Origin: Deltaproteobacteria bacterium RIFOXYA12_FULL_61_11
Lineage (GTDB): Bacteria > Bdellovibrionota_F > JAHFAK01 > YA12-FULL-61-11
DNA: 49,635 bases
Reading direction: 5' to 3'
Assembly: GCA_001799195.1 (NCBI GenBank)
Contig: MGSU01000091.1
Coordinates: forward strand, 1 to 49,635
In this document: one piece after another, positions 1 to 9,020 of the stretch
How positions within the stretch are numbered: position 1 is the first letter of the stretch
How the letters are laid out: each line of letters begins with the position of its first letter
Program-made: the position numbers and the translations under genes
The notes under the pieces: model-generated
What the model saw: the letters and a program-made list of their open reading frames with translations, nothing else
Database searches by the model: none
Told to the model about the DNA's origin: nothing

Positions 1-185
1 AGTCCGAACCGTCATCCCAGTCGCTATCGCCCCAGTCCGAGTCCGAGCCGTCGTCCCAGTCGCTGTCGCCCCAGTCCGAGTCCGAACCGTCGTCCCAGTC
101 GCTGTCGCCCCAGTCCGAGCCGTCGTCCCAGTCGCTGTCGCCCCAGTCCGAACCACCATCATCACCCCAATCATCATCGTCCCAT
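1..185 (-). repeat. Coding tandem repeat (SD)WGDSDWDDGSD, 33-39 nt units
   Basis: Repeated units such as gtcgtcccagtcgctgtcgccccagtccga. Confidence 0.9.
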
Positions 186-271
186 TGGGCCGACACAGGG
201 AATGCCGCCAACAGCATCGCGCAAAACAACGCGACACCCCATGACCGTAAGCCACGCCACTGAGCCTTCAT
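1..271 (-). CDS. Secreted Asp/Gly/Trp-repeat protein, 5' part only (runs off the window); paralog of 819..1730
   Basis: Not in the ORF track. Manual translation from ATG 271 (RBS AAGGAGG): MKAQWRGLRSWGVALFCAMLLAAFPVSA|QWDDDDWGDDGGSDWGDSDWDDGSDWGDSDWDDGSDSDWG..., open to the window edge. Confidence 0.85.
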   Translation of the reverse strand, partial: MKAQWRGLRSWGVALFCAMLLAAFPVSAQWDDDDWGDDGGSDWGDSDWDDGSDWGDSDWDDGSDSDWGDSDWDDGSDSDWGDSDWDDGSD

Positions 272-818
272 CGGTATTTCCTCCTTGGGTTGCACTCGCA
301 CATAACGCGGCTAATTTGCATACAATGAACATACCAGTTAACATGAGAGCCACCAATTTACAATCAAACAAACAGAATTAATTTAAAATAAAAAATTCTG
401 ATTAACATATTTCCGACAAATTTGTAAATCCACCGCCTCTGTACGGTGCCGAAATGGCCACCACCAAACACTCCGATTGCTATCTGCATAAAATACATAC
501 TGTTAGTTCGGTGTCGCCGTGGCTCCAGGCGCAACACCGGAACAGAGAACCTAACTATCACCAGTGGTTGGAGCTTCTGTCCTTGCACCGATTTGCGAGA
601 ACATCCCACTACTCTCGCAACGACGAGAGATGTTCTCGGTCTGCTGAGGGAAGAACCTTCTCGCCGAAAAGTAAAATCTCGATCTTAGTAACGATGAAAC
701 CTAAGGAACGAGCAATCCCGAGAAACCTACAAAGCGGTTCGAGATGCGCGGGGAAGGGAGCAACCGCCGCAATGGCGGGGAGAGGGCCTACGCGGGAGAA
801 GCTACGTCGAGGAAGAAC

Positions 819-1730
819 TCAACCTTGGCGGCGGCGGCGAACGCCGGTCACAACCAAACCGACCGCGAGCAGACCAAACAGCAAGCCGGCAACCGCCGCC
901 TGGCTCTCGCTGCCGACCGTGGTCGCACACGTTCCGCGAGAACGCACCACGTAGTTGCAGCGATTGTAACGGCAATAGACCCGTGGGTCCCCGTGCCAAG
1001 CCCTGCACTCGCTCGGGTGCCATGCACACCATGTGTAATAGATCCGGTCGGAATAGCACCAACCGTAACCCCAGTTGTAGGGCGACCATACACACGTGGT
1101 AGTGAGGTACCCATATGGCCACACCGTCATCATTTCCCACGGATAATAGTGGTAGATCGAATACCAGCTATAGTCATAGTAGTCGTACCAGTAATAAGGG
1201 TCTGACCAATAATCATAGCCATAGTATTCGTTGTACCAGGTGTCGCCGTAGTCCCAGTCACTGTCGTACCAATAATCGTCATCCCAGTCCGAATAGAATT
1301 CGCCGGTCTCGCTGTTCCAGTCGTCATCACTCCAACCATCGTCGTAATCACTGTCGCCCCAGTCAGAGTCGCCGCCGTCATCCCAGTCGCCGTCGCCCCA
1401 ATCGGAGTCACCACCATCATCACCCCAATCGGAGTCGCCGCCATCATCCCAGCCGCCGTCACCCCAATCCGAGTCACCACTATCGCCCCAATCGGAGTCG
1501 CCCCAATCATCCCCGTCGCCCCAATCAGAGCCGCCGTCATCCCAGCCGCCATCGCCCCAGTCGGAGCCACCGTCGTCCCAGCCGCTATCGCCCCAATCAT
1601 CCCCGTCGCCCCAATCGGAGCCACCATCGTCCCAGCCGCCGTCGCCCCAATCATCCTGAGCCAAGGCCGAGCCGCCAAACACCAGGGCAAGGCTTGCCAC
1701 CATCATCAACCACGATTGACGCCAACCCAT
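819..1730 (-). CDS. Secreted protein with Asp/Gly/Trp repeats, Tyr/Trp-rich region and MYXO-CTERM-like anchor
   Basis: RBS GGAGG, signal peptide ending ALA|Q, DWGD/GWDD repeats, Y/W-rich then Cys-containing segment, C-terminal GTC...TM...RRRR. Confidence 0.85.
   Translation of the reverse strand: MGWRQSWLMMVASLALVFGGSALAQDDWGDGGWDDGGSDWGDGDDWGDSGWDDGGSDWGDGGWDDGGSDWGDGDDWGDSDWGDSGDSDWGDGGWDDGGDSDWGDDGGDSDWGDGDWDDGGDSDWGDSDYDDGWSDDDWNSETGEFYSDWDDDYWYDSDWDYGDTWYNEYYGYDYWSDPYYWYDYYDYSWYSIYHYYPWEMMTVWPYGYLTTTCVWSPYNWGYGWCYSDRIYYTWCAWHPSECRAWHGDPRVYCRYNRCNYVVRSRGTCATTVGSESQAAVAGLLFGLLAVGLVVTGVRRRRQG
1320..1655 (-). repeat. Coding tandem repeats DWGDGGWDDGGS / DSDWGD
   Basis: Visible in both DNA and translation. 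Confidence 0.9.
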
Positions 1731-2139
1731 ACATCCTCCTTCCTTCGTTATCGTCGTAGTTCGACGTTACCTTCACACTGCGTGGCCCACTATCAAATTG
1801 CGAGCCAGTTAATAAACAACACCCGCGATATCTTTCAAAGAACCAATATCACTACATTTATTTTTATCATCTACACTAACTGCCGCTCTATCGATATCAT
1901 CGCCGTCAACATTCGGCGCCATTCCGACACCACCAGCGCCCAAGGCCACGTACTTTCAGCAGGATGCGGCCGCCGCATGGTTGCATCTCGACACCAATCA
2001 GGGATAGGTGCAGGGAGGAGCGGCCGAAACCACTCCTCCCTGGCTCCTCCTTTTTCCTTCTTCCAGGAACGTATCCCGGCCTCCCGTGAAAGGAGACTAC
2101 GAAGAAGTCCTCAGCGGCCCAGGGGACCGCTCTCGTTCG

Positions 2140-2895
2140 TCAGAAGTTCGCGGTGATCTTGCCGTCCGGGGTGAACATCTCCTGCATGCGCAGCTCGGGC
2201 ATCGCTTGCTCGGGGATGTTGTGCTGATCCCGAATGAAGCTCCTGAGCTTGTTGTAACCGAGGGTGATGGCACCCAGGCGGAAATGCAGGTCTTCAAGCG
2301 CGGTTTTGCTCGGCTTGAGCGAAATCATGGTCATCTCGTTGCGCGGGATGTTTTCGAAATCGAATTTGTCCTGGTCCTTGGCCCTGAGGATGAAGCGAGC
2401 CACTTCGGCCCTGCGGGTGAAGTCGAACAGGAAGTTGTCGTAGTAGAAAGGTCCATTGTGCTTTTGCACGGCTTCCTTCAAATTGGGCTTACCCGAAGGA
2501 GAGACCCCCGAGGTCTGCTTGGCCCGCTGCCACTGGATATTGCCCTGGCTGTAGCCCACCACGACCAACCCGCAGTACATACCGATCTTTCCGCGCTGTT
2601 CGGGAGTGTGCGCTCCGAATTTCTCTTTCATGGCCGTAGCGCACCGCATGAAGAGTTTCTCGTAGGTGTCACAGATGACCTCGTGGGCCTGGGTCCCGAA
2701 TTGGCTCCCGGCGCCGAGATAAACATCCGCCTCTTCGACCAACCTGACACACGTGCCGTTCTGGGAGGAATTAGTAAAACTCCCCGCCATGTCCCGTAGG
2801 TCGAGATCACTCTCGTCCAAGCCAAAGCCTCCGCTCGCGCTCGCCGTGCCAAAGGTCAAGGCCAAGCCCAACAATGCGATGATCATACGTTTCAT
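2140..2895 (-). CDS. Hypothetical secreted protein
   Basis: GGAGG RBS before MKRMII at 2895, signal peptide ending ASA; no family recognised. Confidence 0.75.
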   Translation of the reverse strand: MKRMIIALLGLALTFGTASASGGFGLDESDLDLRDMAGSFTNSSQNGTCVRLVEEADVYLGAGSQFGTQAHEVICDTYEKLFMRCATAMKEKFGAHTPEQRGKIGMYCGLVVVGYSQGNIQWQRAKQTSGVSPSGKPNLKEAVQKHNGPFYYDNFLFDFTRRAEVARFILRAKDQDKFDFENIPRNEMTMISLKPSKTALEDLHFRLGAITLGYNKLRSFIRDQHNIPEQAMPELRMQEMFTPDGKITANF

Positions 2896-3257
2896 GAAAC
2901 ACCTCCAAACCATTTGTTATCGAACTTGCTCTTCGCTTCCTTCATCCATTCATGGCCTGCTCAGCGCACGGCGGTGCCATATCGACACCATAGTTTTCCG
3001 AGCGGTCGAGCAGTCGCAGCCTTTCACCTCTGCACCTGGCATCGATGAACACAGCACGACGCGATATATCAACTTTTGTACCACCCTTGTCTACAACACC
3101 ATCCCCTGGCCTCGGATTGTTTATACTGTTTGATTACATTAATAATATTTATTATTATTTGCTTCTGGTATTCCATTTGGCAACACAGGAAATAATGCTC
3201 TGCAGCAGCATATTGGGGCCAAAGAGAACCCGCCTAGAGGGCGTTCTGGGATCGCTG

Positions 3258-4025
3258 TCAGGTGCCGAGGAAAGAGGCCGTGCCCTTCCAGTTCGGTCGA
3301 TACAGATCGCGGGCCAGGAAACGTCTCACCCGCTCGTCGGACGAACTCACGAACTCCTCTCGCGGGAGGTAGCTGACAAGACGGCCGCCGTCGAGCAGTC
3401 CGATTACATCGGCAATGCGCAGGGTCCCGACAATATCGTGACTGATGATCAAGAAGGTAATGCCCAAGCGCTCCTTCATCTCCAAGATCAACTGGTCGAT
3501 GGTGTCGGCCATCAGGGGATCGAGTCCGGAGTTCGGCTCATCGAAGAGGAGGAGGCGTGGGCGCAAGACGATCGCTCGGGCCAAGCCGACCCGTTTCCTC
3601 ATTCCACCGGATAGTTCGTCGGGCATGAGATCGCCGCAACCGGGTAATCCGACTAGCTCGAGAACTTCGTCGACCCTTCGCTGAAGCTCCCCATCCGTGA
3701 GGGTACCGTGATGTTGGACGGGAAAAGCCACGTTCTCGGCTACGGTCTGCGAATCGAAAAGGGCTCCGTCCTGGAAAAGCATGCCGAAGGAGTTGCGCCA
3801 GGCTCGCATCTTCGACCTGGACATTCCAAACAGGTCCTCGCCCTCGATCAGGATGCGTCCGCTATCGGGCCGCAACAATCCGGTGATGAGCTTGAGGAGC
3901 ACGCTCTTCCCCACCCCGCTCGGACCCAGTACACAGGTGGTCAGATTCGCCGCGATACGACAGCTTATCCCGCAAAGCACCTCTTTCTTCCCGAACCGCT
4001 TGGAAACCTGTTGCAGCTCGATCAT
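3258..4025 (-). CDS. mlaF: ABC transporter ATP-binding protein, MlaF/Mkl family
   Basis: Walker A GPSGVGKS, FQDGALFDS, LSGGMRKRVGLARA, DEPNSGLDP; follows two MlaE genes. Confidence 0.9.
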   Translation of the reverse strand: MIELQQVSKRFGKKEVLCGISCRIAANLTTCVLGPSGVGKSVLLKLITGLLRPDSGRILIEGEDLFGMSRSKMRAWRNSFGMLFQDGALFDSQTVAENVAFPVQHHGTLTDGELQRRVDEVLELVGLPGCGDLMPDELSGGMRKRVGLARAIVLRPRLLLFDEPNSGLDPLMADTIDQLILEMKERLGITFLIISHDIVGTLRIADVIGLLDGGRLVSYLPREEFVSSSDERVRRFLARDLYRPNWKGTASFLGT

Positions 4026-4028
4026 GGT

Positions 4029-4757
4029 TCACCCGTAGAAGAGGGCTGTCACCAGGCAATTGGCCAGGATACAGACCACGCAAAGTACGATGACGGTAGC
4101 ATTGGTCGCGTTGCCTATGCCAAGAGGCCCCCGGGCCGCATGGAACCCATAATAAGCACTGACCAGACAGATCAAGACCCCGAAGACCAAACCCTTGAGC
4201 ACACCGATCCATAGGTCGCGGACCTGGATGAAGCTCCGCAGGCCTTCGAGGAAAACCAACGGGTCCACCCCGAGTTGATGGCGCGCGACAAAGAAACCCG
4301 AGGCCAAACAGAACAGATTGGAAACCAGGACCATCATCGGCATGACGAGGAGGAAGGCATAGAATTTCGGTACAACCAGATAGCCCACGGGATCCACTGC
4401 CATGACCTCCAGGGCATCGAGCTGGTTCTTCTCTCGCATGGCAGCAAAAGCTGAGGTAATACCGGCGCCTGCCTTGGCCGCAACCATGGCTCCTGCCGTG
4501 ATCGGAGCCATTTCCCGCACCCCCGCCAACCCGACGAAAACGCTGACCAACTGGTCCCCCCCGATGTTCTCGAACGCGCGATACCCCTGGATGGCCAAGT
4601 TGGAGCCGACGAACACTGCCACGACCATGACGACAACCACGGATTGGCCACCGAGAACGGTCACCTCTTCGGAGAGACGAGCAAAGCTTGGAGGAGCCAG
4701 GACCAACATGCTGCCGACCCGGACTAGGAAGGACCAAAAACGAACCAGTCCCGCCAT
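4029..4757 (-). CDS. mlaE: MlaE/YrbE-family ABC permease (second copy)
   Basis: REMAPITAG..., AMREKNQLDALEVMAVDPVGYLVVPK; start moved to MAGLV at 4757, just after the upstream stop. Confidence 0.85.
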   Translation of the reverse strand: MAGLVRFWSFLVRVGSMLVLAPPSFARLSEEVTVLGGQSVVVVMVVAVFVGSNLAIQGYRAFENIGGDQLVSVFVGLAGVREMAPITAGAMVAAKAGAGITSAFAAMREKNQLDALEVMAVDPVGYLVVPKFYAFLLVMPMMVLVSNLFCLASGFFVARHQLGVDPLVFLEGLRSFIQVRDLWIGVLKGLVFGVLICLVSAYYGFHAARGPLGIGNATNATVIVLCVVCILANCLVTALFYG

Positions 4758-4759
4758 GA

Positions 4760-5452
4760 TCACCGCGCTCCGAGTTCGGCAAATAGGGTGGTCAAGCCAT
4801 AATTGACGACGATGAAACACAGGATCGAACCAACAACCGCTCGGTTTACCGCACGACCTACCCCGAGCGCACCACCGGTAGCCCGATACCCTTGCCAAAC
4901 CGAGACCGAACCAATGATCAGTCCGAATACCAAAGATTTGACCACGGTCGCAAGCAGATCGAGGCCGGTGATCGGGGTGAACATATTCGCCAAGAACACC
5001 CCTTCGTCCATACCGGCAATAGGCACCGCAACCAGGTAACCGCCGGCCAATCCCGAGAGCAAGGCACAAAGATTGACCACTCCGCAGGCCACGGTGATAC
5101 CAAGTACACGGGGCGCTATGAGATAGGCAAAGGGGCGAACTGCCATCAACTCGAGGGCATCGATTTCCTGCCTGATACGCATCGCCCCGAGTTCAGAAGC
5201 AACCATACTGCCGGACTGCGCCGCGACCATGATCGCGGTAACACAAGGGGAGAGTTCTCGCACTAAAGCCACAGCGAGAAGTGATCCGATCAACTGCTCA
5301 GTCCCGTATTGTCTGGTCAGGGACAAGCCCTGCAGGACGATCACGCTACCAAAAGGAGCCAGCACGGCGATGACCGGAAGCAGAGACTTCCCACACAGAG
5401 AAAGGAAGTGATGCAAATACTGGTTCACATATAAAACGGTGGATCTCGTCAT
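4760..5452 (-). CDS. mlaE: MlaE/YrbE-family ABC permease
   Basis: RELSPCVTAIMVAAQSGS, ELGAMRIRQEIDALELM, GGALGVGRA. Confidence 0.88.
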   Translation of the reverse strand: MTRSTVLYVNQYLHHFLSLCGKSLLPVIAVLAPFGSVIVLQGLSLTRQYGTEQLIGSLLAVALVRELSPCVTAIMVAAQSGSMVASELGAMRIRQEIDALELMAVRPFAYLIAPRVLGITVACGVVNLCALLSGLAGGYLVAVPIAGMDEGVFLANMFTPITGLDLLATVVKSLVFGLIIGSVSVWQGYRATGGALGVGRAVNRAVVGSILCFIVVNYGLTTLFAELGAR

Positions 5453-5473
5453 GCTGGGTATGGTCCTGCTGGA

Positions 5474-7042
5474 TCAGAACAAAATTTCGCAGAGTGCGTG
5501 CAGGAGGATCCATCGATGCCGCAACAAGACCCGCAAGACCCTGCCTGTTACCTCTCCATCCGCCACGTCGAAGCTGCTCCAGGACAGACAACGGCACTCG
5601 GCGCCCCGAGCGAGGGTACATGCCGCGGCCGGGAAGGCTTCTCCGGAAACCAGCTCCTGGATCAAAGCGCCAACCGGTAGTGCATAGGTGAATTCGCCAA
5701 AGCGGTAGAAAACACTGTCCTGGCTCTCGACACGATAGAGAGCAGCGCCGGTGAGAGGGCTCCCCACGGGACCTCGATAGGGTTCCAAAGCTTGCTCGAG
5801 CACCGGGTCGAACAGCTCCTCATCGAGCACAAGGGTGTGCAACATCGTCAGCGCGGAGGGGAGAAGCGCTTCGATCTTGCGTTCGAGGTTTGCTACCAAC
5901 GTTGCCAGATGGGGGATGGAGTCTACGGATTGCTCGAACAAGGCAGCCACTTCAGTACTTGCAACCTGTAACACTTCGACTGGGCTGGCCAGGACCCCGG
6001 ACGCTTCCCAGCGCTCCTGCCCGACCAAAGTGCCCTCTCCGAAAAGTATGGGTGCGGCAAAATAGAAGCTCTCAAGACCATTATAGGTGAGATCGCCATC
6101 GAGCAAACAGCGCAGGTCATGACAACGCTTGTGGTGCTTGAATAATTGCTCCCCGGCGGAAAATCGGAAGCGCCGTGCCGAAGGCAATCGTTCCAGGGTC
6201 TCGAGCAAGGAGACATAGTCGGGTTGGAAGACCTTCGGAGGGCGGGACAAGAGCCTTGTATCCACATCATCTCGTCTTCTCTGTTCCACTGCGTATTCTA
6301 CCTCTGATTCGAGGGGCTCCGCGTGTTCCTCGAAGACCGGGGCAGGGCTCGCTCCTTCACCGTAGGACAGACATAAGCCTTCGTTCTCAAAAGTGATTTC
6401 TGGTGATACTACCACAGTATCGGGTAGTGCTTCCTCCGGGACAGCTTCTACGTGAAGGGGCTGACGTGGTGCTGCACCGTCTACGCTCCGTTCAACGGTG
6501 GAGGAGGGTCCAAGTACCTCGCCCACCCCTTCAGCGCCCATTCTTTCGATCAACTCGTCCATGGCTACTCGTAATCCCGAAGCCCGCGCCTCGAGTTTTG
6601 CCATCTTTCTCGCCTCGGAATACCCCAGGCTCTCCGCAAGGTCGTCGATGCGTTGCTGCACCTGACGATGTTCGTCCTGTCGCAAGCGGCAAGACGAGGT
6701 TAGGACGAGGATGTCAACAAGGGCATCGAGCGCCTGCTCATACCAGCCTCGACGCCGACAGAGCACTGCGGAGAGTGCCAGGTTGGCAAGATCAAAGCGG
6801 TCGAGGCGAAGGGCATGGTCGAGACTGTCGGTCGCTGCCTCGAGATCCCCTCGGGACAACGCTATTCTCGCCTTACAGGCCATGACCCGAGCGCTCACGC
6901 TAGGACATCGCCGTATCAAAGCCTCACCCTCCTCGATTCGTCCTCCGTCGAGAAGGAACTCGGCCACGCTCAGAATGGCCTCGTGATCGGAAACTACTGC
7001 CTTCGCTGCCATGCCTTCCTCCGGCTCATTCGTCGCGCTCAC
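5474..7042 (-). CDS. Hypothetical protein with N-terminal TPR-like repeats and a degenerate cyclic-nucleotide-binding-like domain
   Basis: TPR-like helices (ARIALSRGDLEAA..L..AL.LD); RFSAGEQLF...LLDG...FGEGTLV resembles a Crp-type cNMP fold. Confidence 0.55.
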   Translation of the reverse strand: MSATNEPEEGMAAKAVVSDHEAILSVAEFLLDGGRIEEGEALIRRCPSVSARVMACKARIALSRGDLEAATDSLDHALRLDRFDLANLALSAVLCRRRGWYEQALDALVDILVLTSSCRLRQDEHRQVQQRIDDLAESLGYSEARKMAKLEARASGLRVAMDELIERMGAEGVGEVLGPSSTVERSVDGAAPRQPLHVEAVPEEALPDTVVVSPEITFENEGLCLSYGEGASPAPVFEEHAEPLESEVEYAVEQRRRDDVDTRLLSRPPKVFQPDYVSLLETLERLPSARRFRFSAGEQLFKHHKRCHDLRCLLDGDLTYNGLESFYFAAPILFGEGTLVGQERWEASGVLASPVEVLQVASTEVAALFEQSVDSIPHLATLVANLERKIEALLPSALTMLHTLVLDEELFDPVLEQALEPYRGPVGSPLTGAALYRVESQDSVFYRFGEFTYALPVGALIQELVSGEAFPAAACTLARGAECRCLSWSSFDVADGEVTGRVLRVLLRHRWILLHALCEILF

Positions 7043-7288
7043 GCGGGACGGTGCGCTCTATGATAGCGAAAAGATGGGTCAATGCACACCTGAGAAAAAA
7101 TATGCCCATTCTCCGACCCTCCGCTGTCTAAAGTCCATCGAGTCGCGCGAAAGCGACCCAATGCACCGGAGAGACGCTGCGATCTCGCATGGTTGCGAGG
7201 CAATTCGTTGATCCTTCTTGACCTGAGCGAGTTGCTCTGTTAAGGGTGCGGGGTTCTTCGAGCGAGAGAACTTTTCTGAGGTAGCGCC

Positions 7289-8089
7289 ATGATACGTACC
7301 GCGGTCATTATTGCCGCTGGCAACGGCAGCAGATTCAAAGAGTTTTATCGCCCAGAAGATTTTTCAAAACCGCTCCTCAAGGTAGGGGGCAGGACGCTGA
7401 TCGATCGAATTATCTCGACGGTACAGGGCTACGGCATCGACCGCTTTATCGTGATCACCGGGTTCAACCACCACCTTCTCGAAGCCCACTTCAGTGACCG
7501 GCACGATCTCGACATCCAGTTGGTCTACAACCCGGATTGGCAGAAACCCAACGGCCTTTCCGTGTTACACGCTGCTCCCTACATCGAGGAACCTTTCCTG
7601 CTCCTCATGGCTGATCATCTCTTCAATCCCTCGATCCTGCATCGTCTGGACGACGTCGAGCTCGACCATGACGAAGCACTCCTCTTGGTCGACCACCACA
7701 TCGAAGCGGTCTACGACCTCGACGACGCAACCAAAGTCAAGTTGAACGGTCGACTCATTGCCGACATCGGAAAAGACCTGAGCGTCTATGATGCGATCGA
7801 CACCGGGATCTTCCTCTGCACCCCGGCGATCTTCACCGCACTGCATTGCGCCTCAGCCCAGGGCAAGTACTCCCTGTCCGATGGCGTCCGACAACTCGCT
7901 TCCCTCGGGCGTATGCGTACCCTGGACATACTTGCGGGGTATTGGCAAGACGTGGACACTCCGGAAGCATTGGCCCTTGCCGAGGCCCGGCTCCATCTCT
8001 TCCTCGAACCCACTATTCCGCAGCCCGAGTTCGAGACGTCGCCGGTCTCGGCAATACCCCTGGTCAGCAGACCCTCTCTTTCAGCGTAG
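7289..8089 (+). CDS. NTP transferase family protein (phosphocholine/inositol-1-phosphate cytidylyltransferase-like)
   Basis: AVIIAAGNGSRF, KPLLKVGG, NGLS, LLMADH, DDATKV, DTGIF, WQDVDTPE. Confidence 0.8.
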   Translation: MIRTAVIIAAGNGSRFKEFYRPEDFSKPLLKVGGRTLIDRIISTVQGYGIDRFIVITGFNHHLLEAHFSDRHDLDIQLVYNPDWQKPNGLSVLHAAPYIEEPFLLLMADHLFNPSILHRLDDVELDHDEALLLVDHHIEAVYDLDDATKVKLNGRLIADIGKDLSVYDAIDTGIFLCTPAIFTALHCASAQGKYSLSDGVRQLASLGRMRTLDILAGYWQDVDTPEALALAEARLHLFLEPTIPQPEFETSPVSAIPLVSRPSLSA

Positions 8090-8383
8090 AGTCGTCGCGC
8101 CCTTCACCACCAAATACTTCTGGATCTTGGAATAGGTCGCTTGCCCGATTCCCTTCACGTTGAGGATTTCCTCAGGATTTTCGAAAGGCTTGACCTTTCG
8201 GTAATCGACGATCTGCTGAGCTTTCTTAGGACCAATGTTGGGCAAGAGTACCAATTCTTCGGTATTCGCGGTGTTGATGTTGATCTGCCCGGTCAGCGAC
8301 ACGGCAGCAAGCGCGGTGTTGCACAGCAGGGCTGCCACAAGGGCCGCCAGAATCATTCTCGAGGTAGTACGGTGGTAATTCAT
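8081..8383 (-). CDS. comEA: ComEA-family helix-hairpin-helix DNA-binding protein
   Basis: Signal peptide, then ININTANTEELVLLPNIGPKKAQQIVDYR...VKGIG; RBS AAGGAG before ATG 8383. Confidence 0.88.
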   Translation of the reverse strand: MNYHRTTSRMILAALVAALLCNTALAAVSLTGQININTANTEELVLLPNIGPKKAQQIVDYRKVKPFENPEEILNVKGIGQATYSKIQKYLVVKGATTLR

Positions 8384-8399
8384 CTCGTGCTCCTTGTTA

Positions 8400-8576
8400 T
8401 TATTGATTTTTGTTGGCCTTGCGAACATGTAAGCGGCCGTTCACCGGCAACGCGTTCAGGGAAATGGTCAAGGACTCATCCTTGTTGACAAAGGCGATAC
8501 CCACCCTGACCCACAGACTCTTCTCGCCACCATCGCGTTCCACAATGGTGTAGACCTCGAAATAGTTACCATCCAT
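8400..8576 (-). CDS. Small conserved-looking protein (58 aa), possible ssDNA-binding fold
   Basis: RBS AGGAGG; MDGNYFEVYTIVER...WVRVGIAFVNKDESLTISLNALPVNGRLHVR; directly upstream of comEA. Confidence 0.75.
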   Translation of the reverse strand: MDGNYFEVYTIVERDGGEKSLWVRVGIAFVNKDESLTISLNALPVNGRLHVRKANKNQ

Positions 8577-8645
8577 CGGCGGTTTCCTCCTGCCTGTCGT
8601 GATCAACCATCCTTGGCGGGTGGCCGACCTCATACTCAGCCTTAA

Positions 8646-8661
8646 CGCAAAGCGAATGCCA
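8646..8661 (-). promoter_or_regulatory. sigma54 (-24/-12) promoter for the small-protein/comEA operon
   Basis: Minus strand TGGCATTCGCTTTGCG with exact GG-N10-GC spacing. Confidence 0.7.
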
Positions 8662-8712
8662 TAAAATTCAATAAGAATATCAATGAGGATTTCGGAAGAC
8701 TTCCCTGCAGGT

Positions 8713-8770
8713 CTCCGATTTCCGGAGACTTACTCTCCGGAAATCGGTCAGTGGCTCCGATTTTCGGTCA
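8713..8770. promoter_or_regulatory. Putative upstream activator sites (three CCG-N5-CGG boxes)
   Basis: Perfect 14-bp inverted repeat ccgatttccggaga-cttac-tctccggaaatcgg (8715..8747) plus a third copy ctccgattttcggtca. Confidence 0.55.
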
Positions 8771-8841
8771 GTTCACCGCCAGGAGAACGTGCTTCACGCT
8801 CCCGAGGTCAATCCACGGAATACAGACAACGGCTCTCTTAG

Positions 8842-8861
8842 CGGCAGGTAATCGCCTGTCG
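8842..8861 (-). terminator. Hairpin downstream of the peptide ORF, possible terminator
   Basis: cggcaggt-aatc-gcctgtcg, imperfect stem, no clear U-tract. Confidence 0.3.
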
Positions 8862-8904
8862 TACTATTGATAACAATCAGTTGTGGAAATTGTGGTAGCC
8901 GAAC

Positions 8905-8991
8905 TCAGCCGCGCTCGTCGGTGAACGGACACTTTGCCAGGGCCTTACCTTTCTTCGTCGTGGTCAGCTTGCGAATCATTGGCTTGCTCAT
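8905..8991 (-). CDS. Putative RiPP precursor peptide, 28 aa, MSKPMIRKLTTTKKGKALAKCPFTDERG
   Basis: GAGGAG RBS 8 nt before ATG; starts 30 nt after the rSAM stop; Lys-rich leader-like part and a single C-terminal CX3D motif. Confidence 0.7.
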   Translation of the reverse strand: MSKPMIRKLTTTKKGKALAKCPFTDERG

Positions 8992-9020
8992 GTCGAAGTC
9001 TCCTCACGGTTCATGCCGGA

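Noticed and set aside
1-1660. CRISPR array or non-coding tandem repeat
   Set aside because: Units are multiples of 3, vary at synonymous positions, have no unique spacers and lie in ORFs with signal peptides
1115-1759. His/Arg/Pro-rich ORF on the + strand (and 1130..1690 on the - strand)
   Set aside because: Shadow frames of the repeat gene 819..1730, which has the RBS, signal peptide and sorting tail
1792-1807. sigma54-like sites with TTGA at -12 (here and near 29109..29124)
   Set aside because: The conserved -12 GC is missing; too weak to call
8868-8896. DnaA-box-like TGTGGAAAT repeats suggesting an origin
   Set aside because: Two or more mismatches each, too few copies, no dnaA context
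8795-8907. Selenocysteine read-through of the peptide's TGA stop
   Set aside because: No convincing SECIS-like hairpin directly after the UGA, and the extension (VRLPQFPQLIV...) has no Cys or other motif; treated as a true stop
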